A stretch of DNA of 64,000 bases from Candidatus Eiseniibacteriota bacterium (GTDB taxonomy: Bacteria; Eisenbacteria; RBG-16-71-46; JABDJR01). Below, one piece after another: positions 25,105-37,540 of this stretch. Position numbers and translations under genes: made by a program. The stretch spans positions 1,344,001-1,408,000 of the forward strand of contig CAVXKA010000001.1 of assembly GCA_963762255.1 (NCBI GenBank), read 5' to 3'. The number at the start of each line of letters is the position of its first letter. The stretch's first letter is position 1. The notes beneath the pieces were generated by a model, which saw nothing but the letters and a program-made list of their open reading frames with translations, searched no databases and was not told the origin of the DNA.

Positions 25105-26411
25105 CTACTGCCAGCGATCCGCATCCTTGGATTCGGGGTCCAGTTCCTTCCAATACTTGGCCACTGCCTTCACCTTCTCGGTCTGGCCGTGGAAGTTGAG
25201 AATGTGGATGGCCGTACCGAGAGCGTAGCGCACTCCCGCCATGTCTCCCTGTTTCGCGAGCGGTCCCGCAGCCGATTGCAGCACCGCGGGGTAGTTCCTC
25301 ATGAGCATGCCCACCGCGGAGGTCGGCCCCCAGGGGACGCCGAGATCGGTCGCGCTGTCGAGGCGAAAGTCGTCCCGGAAGAGTCGGATCGTCTTGGCGG
25401 CGTCGATGGCGTGGGAATCCGCATCGTCCTGCGCGCCCGCGTCCTTCCCGCCCGACTTCACCCGCCAGAGGAGGCCCTCGATCTCGAGACCGCCCTCGCA
25501 GCACTTCAGATAGTTCTCGGACACGGTGATCGCCAGGTACACCGGCCCCTTCCAGGTTCCGGCACGCACCCTGTCGACCAGATCCTGAAGGAGAACCTGC
25601 GAAAATCCTGCGGTCCTTGCCGAGCTTCCCGCCCGCCCACTGGGTGCTCCGCTCGCGCACGGCCGTCTCGCTGAAGGGCGGCGAACCGAAGGCCGCTCCC
25701 TTCCACACGTTCACCGCGTACTCCTCGACGTTCAGAAGCGACAGGTTCACGACGAGGACGTCGGTGCGCACCCCGCGAACGGCCTGGAGCGCAAGCAGGG
25801 GATAGGTGTCGTTGTCGCCGTTGGTGAGAAGAATGGCGTTCGGCTCGGCGCTCATGAGGAGGTTGTACCCGAAATCCAGTACGGGCGCCGAGAGGCCTCC
25901 CTTATCGAGGAGCGCCTCGCAGGTGTTCGCGAACCTCGTCCCGCTTGCCATCGATCATGGCGAAGGAGCAGAGGATGAAGTGGGGCTCCGGCCAGTTTGG
26001 CGCCAACTCCACGGCGCGCTGACCGAACCGGCGTCCCTCGTCGCGCGCCTGCGTGAAGGCGTGCTTCCAACCCGCCATCGCCTCCAGCGCCTCGGGGCAG
26101 TCGGGGTTCACTTCGATCGCTTTGCCGATCAGCGCTTCGCGCTCCTCCTGCGTTCCGGCGCCCGCGTAGCGCATGGCCCGGTACTGCTCGACATATCCCA
26201 CCGCCTCCTGCGGGTGGTCCTTGACGTAGGCTCGCCACTGTTCGACGAGCGCCTCGTAGGATTCCTTGGGGAGAATCGTCTCGCGCAGGGAACGGACCTC
26301 GGGGGGCATGCCCGGCCGGATCGAAGGGGCGCCGGCGAATGCGGTGCCCGCGAGGGACAGAACGGCCAGGGACGCGATGGCGCTGCGGAAGGACGCCGGT
26401 TTCGATTTCAT
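25105..26411 (-). CDS. Secreted TPR-like protein with DUF2723-like segment; frameshifted (about 25930, 25590)
   Basis: Signal peptide, TPR-like helices, [36 protein letters not shown]. Confidence 0.62.
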
Positions 26412-26440
26412 GTCTGGCTCCGGGTTGAAGGGTCAAGATC

Positions 26441-26469
26441 GGGGGCTCCCGTAGAACGCGGGAGCCCCC
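26441..26469 (-). terminator. Hairpin after M16 peptidase operon
   Basis: GGGGGCTCCCG-N7-CGGGAGCCCCC perfect 11-bp stem. Confidence 0.55.
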
Positions 26470-26521
26470 TGATTCGTTGAGCCGGACTGGAAGACCCTTG
26501 CACGCCCGGAGACCGGGGCCG

Positions 26522-28060
26522 CTAGGGAAGCGGCTGCATCGTCATCGGATCGCGCAGAGGGATCCTCTTCGGCTCGCCGCCCGCGAGCTGCGTGCAGGGT
26601 CACGTCGTGCTTGCCGTCGGGCTGCACCATCTCGGCGGCGCTCCCCACCATGAGGAACGTCATCTTCTCAGGATCCAGCAGCCGGCGCGCCACCCGCTGC
26701 ACGTCCTCCACGGTGACCGCGCTCAGCCGGCTCGTGTACTCGGCGAAGTAGTTGGGATCCTTCCGGTAGCGCCCCGTCAACTCCTCCGCCGCCAGCGCGC
26801 CGGAGATCGCCGCCGCATTCGGGAATCGGGCGGGGAAGCCCTCGATGAACGAGTTCTTGGCCGTGGCGAGATCTTCGTCGGAGATCGACTCGTCGCGGAT
26901 GCGGTTGATCTCCTCGAGCGCGATCTGGGTCGCGTAGGCGGTCGAACGGGCCTTGGTCTGGAAGACCAGCCGCCACGGGTCCGGGATAGTAGAACCCGCC
27001 CTCGAGGCGCGAGTTGACCGAGTAGGCCAGCCCTTCGTCGGAGCGGATGCGATTGACCAGACGCGAGGTGAAGCCGCCGCCGCCGAGGACGTAGTTCATG
27101 ACCATGGCCGCGGGAAAGTCGGGATCGTAGCGATCGACGGCGACGAGCCCGATGGAGACTCGCGTCTGGTTCACGTCCTTGTCGGCGATGAACCAGCCCG
27201 CCTTCGAGGGCTCGGCGGGCGCTGCCGGAGCTCCGGGGTTCTCGCCGGGCGTGGGCCAGCCGGCGAAGGCCTTCTCGAGCTTCTTCACCATGGCCTTCTT
27301 GTCGAAGTCGCCGGACACCGACAACACGAAGTTCTTCGGTCCCATAGTGCGCCGTTGGAAAGAGACCATGTCCTCGCGCGTGATGGAGTTCATGGAGGCC
27401 TCGGTCGGATACCGGTTCGACCAGTGATCCTCACCGCGCATGAGGTAGCCCCACTCGTAGCTCTCGATGCCGGCGCTCTCGTCGTTGCGCCGCTTCATGT
27501 CCTGGAGTTCCTGCTCCCGGCGCAGATCGAGCCGGTCCGCCTGGAACGCGCACCCCTTGAGGCAATCGGTCAGGAGCCCGAGCCCCTCGTCGATGTCCTT
27601 GGCCAGAAGGTTCAGCGTGACATAGGACTCGGTGCCGGAGACCGGCACTCCGCCCATCCCGAACATGCCGCGGCCGCTCCCCATGCCGGATTGGAGCTGG
27701 GCGCCGAGAAACGACAGCCGCTCTTCGAGCTGCTCCGCGGTCATGAGCTGAGTGCCGCTGCGGGTGAGCAGGTGACAGGGTCGTGCTCGCCAGCCCCTCT
27801 TTGCCCGCGGGATCGAGATCGGGGCCGACGCGCATGATCACGCTGACCGTGACCAGCGGCAGCGTGCGGTCCGGAACGAGATAGGCCGGAATGCCGTTTC
27901 CGAGCGTCGACTCGGTACTGAGCCGCGTCGGGTGGGGTGAACTGCAGCGGCGGAAACTGGATCTTCTCCGGACGGTCGGGGATATCGGAGGCCGCCGCCG
28001 GACGCGCGGTCGCCATCAACAGCGAGCAGCACGGCTCGCCAGGAGATGGATGCGGTTCAT
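26522..28060 (-). CDS. M16 peptidase, non-catalytic (beta-like) subunit; frameshifted
   Basis: VLGGGGFTSRLVNRIRSDEGLAYSV, RPEKIQFPPL; no HxxEH seen. Confidence 0.82.
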
Positions 28061-28074
28061 CGTCGTTCCTCCGC

Positions 28075-29880
28075 TCACTTGCTGCTCTGCAGCTGGGTGA
28101 TGCGCGCCTGGGCCTTCGCGCGGATGTAGTCGAGAGCGGGCTTCATTTCCGGAGGCATCTGCCCCCCCATCTGCTCGATCCGCTCGAGGATCTTCTGCAC
28201 CTGGGCCGGATCGGTGGCTCGCGTCAATGCGGCTCACCGTCGCCTTGACCATCTGCTTGGCGTCGGCGGGAAGCGCGGCCAGCGCCGGGTCCTCGGGTTC
28301 GGTCCCTCCCTTGCGCGTCCACACCGCCACCGCGCGATTCTCCTTGCGGAAGTAGGTCTGAGCCACGCGCTGCACGTCGGCCGCGGTCACCGTCTGCACC
28401 GCCGCGTCGATGCGGTCGGCGTCCTTCCAGGAGCCCGTGCCCTCCGCCACCGCGTACCGGAAGAGAAGCTGCATGTTGGAGCTGATCTCGCGATAGCTCG
28501 AGGCGAGGTAGCGGTTCTTCACCTTCTGCAGCTCGTCGGCGGTCACCGGCTCCTTCTGGAGCTTCTCGATCTCGGCGTGGATCGCCGTCTCCACCTCTTC
28601 CGGGGTGTGGCCTTCCTTGCACTCGGCCGTCGATCTCGAACATGCCCCTCGTACTTGCGCGGGATCGTTGCGAGGCGCGGGCCTCGGTGGCGATTCCCCG
28701 ATCCAGGACCAGGCTCTTCTGCAGCCGGCCTGTGGGCCCGTTCAGGAGACCCTCGAGGACGTTCAGCGCCGGCACGTCCCGATGCACGTACGCAGCCGCG
28801 TGCCAGCGCACCCACACCGCCGGGTTGGTCTCGGCCTCCGCGTAGAAACGCTTCTCGGCGGTGGCGGGGATCTCGGAGGTGATCATCTCCGGCGCCGGCT
28901 TCGGCCCGCGCGGGATCGCGCCGAGGTACTTCTCGGCCATGGCCAACGTCTGCTTCGGGTCGAAGTCGCCGACCAGGATCGCGGTCAGGTTCTGCGGCGC
29001 GTAGTAGAGCGAGTAGTACTCGTCGGCCTGCGCCTTGGTGATGTTGGCGATGTCGCTCGGCCAGCCGATCACCGGCCACAGATAGGGGCTCGAGTCCCAG
29101 AACATGGCGTCGAAGGAGACCTCGAACGGTCCGGTCGGCGTGGACTCCACCGAGCGGCGCCGCTCCTCGTAGACCACGTCGCGCTCGGAGTAGAACTCGC
29201 GGAAGACGCGGTTCTGCAGCCGGTCGGATTCCATCCAGAACCAGAGCTCGAGCTTGTTGGCGGGCACGGTCTCGAAGTAGACCGTCATGTCCTCGCTGGT
29301 GAAGGCGTTGATGAAGGTGGCGCCGTTCTGCTGGAGGATGAGATCGAACTCGTTCTTGACCATGTTGGCGCGCTGGGCGGTCACCAGGGAATCGAACTGC
29401 GCCTCCAGCTGGAGGTAGCGCGGCGTCTTCGCCTCCGGCCGGGTCATGTCCTCGATGTCTCCCCGGCGCTGCGCCGCGCGCATCGCGCTCAGCTCGGCGC
29501 GCATCTCGTCCCGGATCGCGCTCCTGCTCCTCGATGAGCTGCACGTCCTTGGCGTAGTCGCGGGTGCCGATCACGTGGGTTCCCTTGAACATCATGTGCT
29601 CGAAGAGGTGCGAGATCCCGGTGATCCCGGGGCGCTCGTTGACGGAGCCGACGTGGGCCACCCAGGCGCCGCAGACCGTCGGGCTCAGGTGCTGGGGGAT
29701 GAGCACGAGTTTCATCCCGTTGGAGAGGACGTACTCTTCGATGGGCAGGCTGGGGCCCGCGGGGGCGGCCGTGCCCCCGCCTTTGGGGGCGGCGACCGCC
29801 GCCACGGAGAAGATGACGGTGAGCAGCACGGCGATGCCGGCAACCGAGACGAGGGAACGCACTGGGGAGGATCGACTCAT
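28075..29880 (-). CDS. M16 (pitrilysin) peptidase, catalytic subunit; frameshifted
   Basis: Signal peptide, VGSVNERPGITGISHLFEHMMFKG, NAFTSED, ERDVVYEERR. Confidence 0.88.
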
Positions 29881-29974
29881 GGCGGGTCTCCTGAAGTTCG
29901 GGCAGGTGACGGGCGGCCTGGAGCGCGATGTCGCAACTTACGGTAAGGAAGGAACCACGTCGCGAGAGCGGGAG

Positions 29975-31835
29975 TCAAGAGCCTCGGAGTCGGTCCACGC
30001 CCGCGGTGGGAAAGCTCAACTCGGTCTGCGGGATCCGTCCGGACTCACGGTTAGGAGCGATCGTCTCGGAAAGCAGCCCGAGCACCTCGGCGCGCTTCAC
30101 CGATCCCACCAGGCGCTTCTCGTGCAGGCTGCTCACAACGGGGATGTTCCGCTGTTCGCTGGCCACCACCGCAGGCAGGGCCTCGATGAGCGTTTGATCC
30201 GGCGTGACACAGGGGGGCGAGGTCCGCATGAGGTCGTGGGCGATGACGGCCATCTCCTGATGTCCCCTCAAGTACTCCTTCATGTCCTGCAGCGCCACCA
30301 CGCCGACCAGCCGATGCTCGTCGTCGACGACCGGCAGATAGTTGTTGGCGCTGGCGAGGAACCGGTGAGCGATCTCGGTTAGCGGCGTCCTCTCCGAGAG
30401 AGGGGCGATCGGCGACCGCATCAGCTCACCTATGGTCTGCGCCGTGACGTCCTCGGGTCCCGCCGTATCCCGCTCGAAGGTCAGACCCCTGATACCGCAG
30501 GGGTTCGGTGTAGACGGACGCCGCGTGCAGCCGTCGGGAGAGGAGGACGGAGACCGCACACCCGAGCATGAGCGGCGGCATCAGCGAGTAATTGAGAGAG
30601 ATCTCGAAGATCATGATCATCGCCAGCAGCGGGGAGTGGGTGGTGGCGGCGAGCATGCTTCCCATACCGACCAGGGCGAAGGCCGCCGAGGGGACTCCCG
30701 TCGCCTGTCCCAACCGGTGCACGGTCAGCGCGAACGCGGTGCCCAACCCTGCCCCAAGAAAGAGGGTCGGAGTGAACACGCCGCCTACCGTTCCGGCTCC
30801 GACCGCGATCGATGTGGCCAACAGTTTGGCGGCGATCAAGCCGGTGACGAGCAGCAAGGGAATCTGATCGGGGGCGAATTGCTCCCGCAGGAGCCGGTTG
30901 GTGATGACGTATCCGTTGCCCCAAACGCCGGGATACTCGATGGCGATGACCCCGACCACCAACCCCGCGATCATGAGACGAACGTAGATGGGGGCCGGCA
31001 GGCGCCGGAAACTCTCCTCGCTCCACCGCAGGAGCTTCAGGAAGAACGCGCCGAACCACCCGGCCAGGAGTCCAAGCAGGATGAACCACGGCAATTGCTC
31101 CAGCCGCGTGATGTCGAAATCCGGTACCACGTACCACGGCGCGATGCCGAAGAAGCTGCGGGAGACGACCGAGGACATCACCGACGCGAAGACCAGGGGA
31201 GCGAAGGAGGGCATGGAGAAATTGCCGAGCACGATGGTCGCCGCGAAAACCGCCCCCGAAATCGGGGCGTTGTAGGCCGCGGCGATTCCCGCCGCCGCTC
31301 CGCAGCCGACCAGCAATCGGAGCCGGTAGGGCTGGTAGCCGAGAACCTGCCCACCCTTGGAGGCGAGCGTGGCCGAGAGCTGCACGATGCCGCCTTCCCG
31401 ACCGATGGACGCGCCGCTGCCGATGCTGACCAGCGAAGAGAGCGTCTTGACGAGCCCGCTTCGGAAGGGGAGCCGCCCGTCGCCCGCCACGACGACTTCG
31501 AGCAGGTTCGTCGACCCCTGAGGTCCCACCAGTCGCAATCCCCAATGCAGCACGAGGCCGGCGACCAAGCCGCCGACCGTCGGTATGAGGACCCGAAGCC
31601 AGGGGCTCAGGAACTCCGCGACTTCCACCGGATCGCCCCTGTAGTGGAGAAAGAGCGTCTTCGTGGATTCCATGGCATGGTAGTACGCGAGGTTCGCGAG
31701 GCCGCCGATGACCCCGACCACGCCGGCCAGCACCAGGTGGAACGCTTCCTCGGTCGGCTGGAACTTCCCGCGAAGGCGCATCGCGGGACGCCAGTGCCGT
31801 CGGAGAACCGACAGCGGCTTGGTGAAGCCCTTCAT
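29975..31835 (-). CDS. ClC chloride channel (ClcB-like) with CBS pair; frameshift near 30490
   Basis: SIGREG, GGVFTP, multiple TMs; CBS domains in ORF 29975..30559. Confidence 0.9.
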
Positions 31836-34812
31836 TTCGGCTCGACCTCGAGTAGGAACTCGTCGGCGAAGATGAAGGAGAGATTGCCCGTTCCCTTGTG
31901 CCAGGGCGGACACATGCCAGGCGCTGTCGCGCGGATCCTCACGTAGCGGGCGGGACGCGCCTCCACGGAGACGCCGAATTCCTTGAGCACGACGCCCTCG
32001 GTGCGCTCATCGACATCGTTGACCGCGCTCCCGGCGGGCTCCCACACCGCGCCGTCCATCGACACCTCGAACGATACGGAGACGCGGCATGAAGATCCAG
32101 GAGTTCTGATCCTGCAGGAAGCTCACCGCGAGCCGATGGATGTCCAGCGTCTCGCCGAGATCGATGACGGCTTCCATGTCGGCTCCGTAGAAGCCGAGCC
32201 ACCCGCCGAGGCGCCAATCCTCGCCGCCGCGGATGCCGTCGATGAGTGCGTCGGGGCCGTTGGCGGTGTACTGGTGGTGCGTGGGGGAGAGGCTCAGCAC
32301 GCGCCAGCGGCCGGGAATGCGATGGAAGGTCGCTTCCTGGGCGGGAGCGGGATTTTCGCGGCCGGTATCGCTCTGGAAACGAATCGTCGTCGTGGCGGTC
32401 AGCTCGATCGGCTTCTTGTAGACGGGCGACGCGTGCGTCGGCTCCGAGCCGTCGAGCGTGTAGCGGATCACGGCATCCGCCGCCGGCGAGGCAAGCGCGA
32501 CGCGCGTGCTCTCGCGGAACGGCGTCTCGCCTGTTGCCACGTAGGGGACGGGCGGCGGATTGGGCCCCGGCATGGAAGAAACCGGGGTCTTCCCCGGTCC
32601 GGCTCCCCACGCGGGATTCGGCGTCGCGCCCATCTCGAACACGAGGCGTCCGCCTCGGAGAATCTCGTCGTGGGTGAGCCATGCGCGCTCGAACGGCTCG
32701 CCGTCCAGGGTCGCAGACTGAATGTATGGGCGCTCCGGCCCCGCTCCGCGCGCTTCGATCGTGAATGTGCCGCCGCTCGGCAGTCGAACGGCGGCCCCGG
32801 GGAAGAGCGGCGTGCCGATCGCATACTCCGACCGCCCAGGACAAACGCTGTAGAAACCCAGAGCGCTCAGCACGTACCACGCGCTCATCTGCCCGCAGTC
32901 CTCGTTACCGATCAGGCCGTCGGGACGCGCGGCGTACATCGTATCCATGATCTGACGGACGCGCTGCTGCGTCTTCCAGGGTTGGCCGGCGTAGGCGTAG
33001 AGGTATGCCATGTGATGGCTGGGCTCGTTGCCGTGGGCGTACTGGCCGATGAGACCTGTGATGTCGGATTGCTCGCGGCCGGTAGTCTGCGGCGAGGCGG
33101 TGAAGAGCGAGTCGAGCTTGGTCGCGTAAGCCGCCGGTCCGCCCAGTCGCCTCCATCTCCCCCGAGATGTCGTGCGGCACGAAGAACGTGTACTGCCAGC
33201 TATTGGCCTCGGTGAAGTTGAAGTCGACCTCGGTGGGGCGGAACGGCGCGAGCCACGCCGCGTTGCGCTTCGGTCGCATGAAGCCGGTGGCGGGGTCGAG
33301 CAGGTTCCGCCAGCTCGTAGCTCGCCGGTCGTATTCCGCGCGTTGGGCTTCATGGCCCAACGCCTCGGCCATTCGCGCGATGCACCAATCGTCGTACGCG
33401 TACTCCAGCGTCTTGGAAACGCTCTCGCTTTCCTTGTCCCCCGGGATGTAGCCGTACGCGCGGTAGGCGGCGAGTCCCCGCCCGGGATGCTCCGCGCTCG
33501 CGCGCATGGCCGCGAAGGCCGCCTCGACGTCGAACCCGCGAATTCCCTTGGCGTACGCATCCGCGATCACCGATACCGCGTGGTAGCCGATCATGCAGTC
33601 GGTCTCGTTCGCGGCCAGCTCCCAGACGGGCAGGAGTCCCCCCTCGCGGTGCTGCGCGAGAAACGTCTCGATGAAGTCCGTCGTACGCCCCGGCTCCAGG
33701 ATCGTGTAGAGGGGATGTGCGGCGCGAAACGTGTCCCACAGAGAGAAGACCGTGTACTGAGTCCGACCCGGCGCCGTGTGGACCGCGTCGTCCCGCCCTC
33801 GATAGCGGCCGTCCACGTCGCTCCATGTGTTGGGCTGGAGGAGCGTGTGGTAGAGCGCGGTATAGAAGACCGTTTCCTGCTCCGACGTGCCGCCTCGGAC
33901 CGTGACGCGGCCGAGCGCTTCGTCCCATGCGCTCCGGGCAGCCTGGTGCACGCCCTCGAATCCCCATCCGGGGATCTCGGCGTCCAGGTTGCGGCGGGCG
34001 CCTTCGATGTCGACGGCGCTGATCCCCACCTTCACCAGCACCGCCTCGCCGCGCTTGGCTGTGAACCGCAGCGCGGCCTTCACGTTCGTACCCTCTGCGA
34101 AGGTGAGGCCCTCGCGAGGCTGGTCGTCCACGGCGATCAAGGCGTCCACCGGTCGCGAGAACCGCGCCACGAAGTAGACCCTCTGGTTCTGCGCCCAGGC
34201 GCGCGAGCGGCGGAAGCCCTCGATCTCCTGCGGCCCCACGACGCGCAGGCTCGACGTGATCACCTCGTCGCGATGGCTCAGGTCCAGGAGAATATGCGCG
34301 GGGCCGCTCCGCTCGAAGGTGTAGCGATGCATGCCCGCGCGCAAAGTGGCCGTGAGTTCGGCGGTCACCCCGTAATCGTCGAGGCGGACCGCGTAGTAGC
34401 CCGCCGAGGCGCGCTCGGTGTCCTTGCGAAACCGAGATCCATAACCGTGCGCGCTGTCCTCGGGCGCGTAGCCCGAGACCCAACGAATCTTCCCGGTGGC
34501 GGGCAGGAACAGGATGTCGCCGTAGTCGCTCACCCCGGTACCGCTCAAATGGGTGTGGGAGAACCCGAACACGCGGCGATCGCTGTCGTGGTAGCCGGAG
34601 CATCCGTCCCAACCGGTGAGTCGGGTATCGGGGGAGAGCTGCACCATGCCGAACGGGAGCGTGGGTCCGGGAAACGTGTGCCCGTGGCCGCCGGTGCCGA
34701 TCCTGGGGTCGACGCTGTCGACGGGGTCACCCGCCGCCGTGGCCGACGGTGCGGCCAGGACGGCGAAGGCAGCCAAGATCGAGAGCGCGAGCCGACGGTT
34801 CAAGGTGGGCAT
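31832..34812 (-). CDS. GH92 alpha-mannosidase with C-terminal Fn3/chitobiase-like and discoidin-like domains; frameshifts near 33150 and 32085
   Basis: GTGGHGHTFPG, PFGMVQLSPDT, FSHTHLSGTG, FSLWDTFR, GQYAHGNEPSHH, GNEDCGQMSAWY, IRYTLDGSEP. Confidence 0.93.
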
Positions 34813-34921
34813 CTCCGCGTTTGAGCCATTCCCGACCGTGCCAATCTATCGCGCCAGTTGACGCTCCGCCACCCCCCGCGTAGGCTCGCCCGCCAAGTCG
34901 ATTCGTCACCGGAGGTGCACC

Positions 34922-35971
34922 ATGAGCCGACCCGTCACGGCCCTTCTTCTCGTTCTTCTCGTCCTCGGCGCGGGATGCGCACCCAAGTCCGACAAGGTCG
35001 ACAAGCAGATCGTCATCGGCTTGTCGCTGGATACGCTGCGCGAAGAGCGCTGGCAGCGGGATCGCGACGAGTTCGTGCGGCGCGCCGAGGAACTGGGCGC
35101 CAAGGTTCTGGTCCAGGCCGCCAACAACAACGACGCCCTCCAGAACTCCCAGGCGGAGAACCTGCTCACCCAGGGCGTGGACGTGCTGGTCGTGGCGCCG
35201 CACAACAGCGAGACCAGCGCGACCATCGTCGCGGCCGCTCACAAGGCGGGCGTTCCGGTCATCGCGTACGATCGGCTTATCCGCAACAGCGACGTCGACC
35301 TCTACATTTCCTTCGACAACTTCAAGGTCGGTCAACTTCAGGCCGGTTACGCAGTGGAGCGGAAGCCAGCCGGCAACTACGTGCTCATCGCCGGAGCGCC
35401 CACCGACAACAACGCGCACATGTATCGTGACGGCCAGTTGAGTGTGCTCCAGCCCTACGTCGACCGAGGCGAGATCACGATCGTCGTGGATCAATGGGCC
35501 AATGACTGGCTCGCCTCCGAGGCGCTCAAGATCATGGAGAACGCGCTCACCCGCAACAACAACAAGGTGGACGCGGTGGTCGTCTCCAACGATGCGCTGG
35601 CCGGCGGCGCGCTGCAGGCGCTGGGCGAGCAGAAGCTGGCTGGCTCGGTGGTGGTGACGGGCCAGGACGCCGAGCTCTCGGCGTGCCAGCGCATTGTCGG
35701 CGGCATCCAGAGCATGACGGTATACAAGCCGATCAAGCGGCTGGCCGCGCGGGGCGCCGAGGTCGCGATCCTCCTTGCCAAGAAGCAACCGGTGCCGGAC
35801 GCCACCGGCGCGCTCGACAACGGGTTCAAGCAGGTGCCGAGTCTGCTCATCGAGCCGATCGCGGTCGACAGGGACAACATGGCGACGACGGTGATCGCGG
35901 ACGGCTTCCACAGGGTGAAGGACGTCTACAAGGACGTGCCGAAGGATCAATGGCCCCCCGTGCCGGAGTGA
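34922..35971 (+). CDS. xylF: Sugar ABC transporter substrate-binding lipoprotein (XylF-like)
   Basis: Lipobox [38 protein letters not shown]. Confidence 0.85.
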   Translation: MSRPVTALLLVLLVLGAGCAPKSDKVDKQIVIGLSLDTLREERWQRDRDEFVRRAEELGAKVLVQAANNNDALQNSQAENLLTQGVDVLVVAPHNSETSATIVAAAHKAGVPVIAYDRLIRNSDVDLYISFDNFKVGQLQAGYAVERKPAGNYVLIAGAPTDNNAHMYRDGQLSVLQPYVDRGEITIVVDQWANDWLASEALKIMENALTRNNNKVDAVVVSNDALAGGALQALGEQKLAGSVVVTGQDAELSACQRIVGGIQSMTVYKPIKRLAARGAEVAILLAKKQPVPDATGALDNGFKQVPSLLIEPIAVDRDNMATTVIADGFHRVKDVYKDVPKDQWPPVPE

Positions 35972-37540
35972 TGCGTTCTGCCGGCGCTGGTGCCGCGGTG
36001 CCGCCGGCGACCGCGCCCAGGCTGGAATTGCGCGCCATCACCAAGGACTTCCCCGGCGTGCGCGCGCTGGACGGCGTCTCCTTCGACCTGCGCGCCGGCG
36101 AGATCCACGCGCTGTGCGGCGAGAACGGCGCCGGGAAGAGCACGCTCATCAAGATTCTCTCCGGCGTGCATCCCGCCGGCACCTATGGCGGGGAGATCCG
36201 TCTGGATGGTCGGCCCGTGCAAGTTCACCGGCGTGCGCGCCGCCGAGGCCGCGGGGATCGCTCTCATCGCGCAGGAGCTGGCGCTCGTGCCGGATCTCTC
36301 GGCGGCGGAGAACCTGGTGTTGGGGCGCGAACCGAGTCGTTTCGGCTGGATCGATCGGAGCACGGTGCGCGAGACCGCGCGGCGCGCCCTGGAGCGGGTC
36401 GGACTCGATATCGACGCGAGCCGCCCCGTGCATGAACTCGGCATCGGGCGGCAGCAATTGGTCGAGATCGCGCGGGCACTCGAGAAGAACGCCTCGATCC
36501 TCATCCTCGACGAGCCGACCGCCGCGCTGACCTCGGGGGATGTTGCCCGGCTGCGCGCTCTCTTGCTCGATCTGCGCGATCGCGGTGTGTCGGCCATCTA
36601 TATCAGCCACCGGCTTGATGAAGTCTTCGGTCTGGCCGATCGCATCACCGTGCTTCGCGATGGGCGCACCGTGCAATCGGGACGAGTGGACGAGCTGACC
36701 CGCGAACAGATCATCTCCTGGATGGTGGGCCGCGAGGTGCGCGATTTCTATCCACGGCCGCCGCATCGACCGGGCGCGCGGCTGCTCAAGGTCGAGGGGT
36801 GGACCGTGGACGATCCACTCAACCCCGGGCGCACCGCGCTGGACGGCGTCGACCTCGAAGTCCGCGCCGGTGAAATCGTCGGTGTGGCCGGGCTCATGGG
36901 CGCGGGGCGCACGGCGTTGTTGTCGTCGCTGTTCGGCGCGGCGCGTAGCGAGGTCCGTGGGCGCTTGACCGTGGGAGATGCGGCATCGCCGCGCGGTCCT
37001 TTCACGTCGCCCGCCGAGGCCATCGCCGCCGGGCTCGCGCTCGTGAGCGAGGATCGCAAACGCTACGGCCTCGTGCCCACCGGCTCCGTTCTGGACAACA
37101 TGACGCTGGCCACGCTGCGGCGCTTCGCTTCCGCCGGTTGGCTCAACCGCAGCGCGACGGAGACGGCGGTGCGCGAGCAGATCGCCGCCCTGCGGCTCAA
37201 GACTGCGGGCCTCGACGTGCCCGTCACCCAGCTCTCCGGGGGCAACCAGCAGAAGGTGATCCTCGGCAGGTGGCTCCTCGCGCGACCGCGCCTTCTTCTG
37301 CTGGATGAGCCGACACGAGGCATCGACGTCGGCGCGCGCGCCGAGATCTACGAGCTGATCCGCGTGCTGGTGGAGCAGGGAATGGGAGTGCTTCTCGCAT
37401 CGTCGGATCTCCCCGAGGTGCTCGGACTCTGCCATCGCGTGATCGTGTTGCGCCAGGGACACCGCACCGCGGCGTGGCCCTGCGACGAGGCGACGCCGGA
37501 GCGCGTGATGGCCGCGGCCGCGTTGGGGGGTGGAACATGA
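35971..37540 (+). CDS. xylG: Sugar ABC transporter ATPase (XylG-like); frameshift near 36220
   Basis: [36 protein letters not shown]. Confidence 0.85.
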
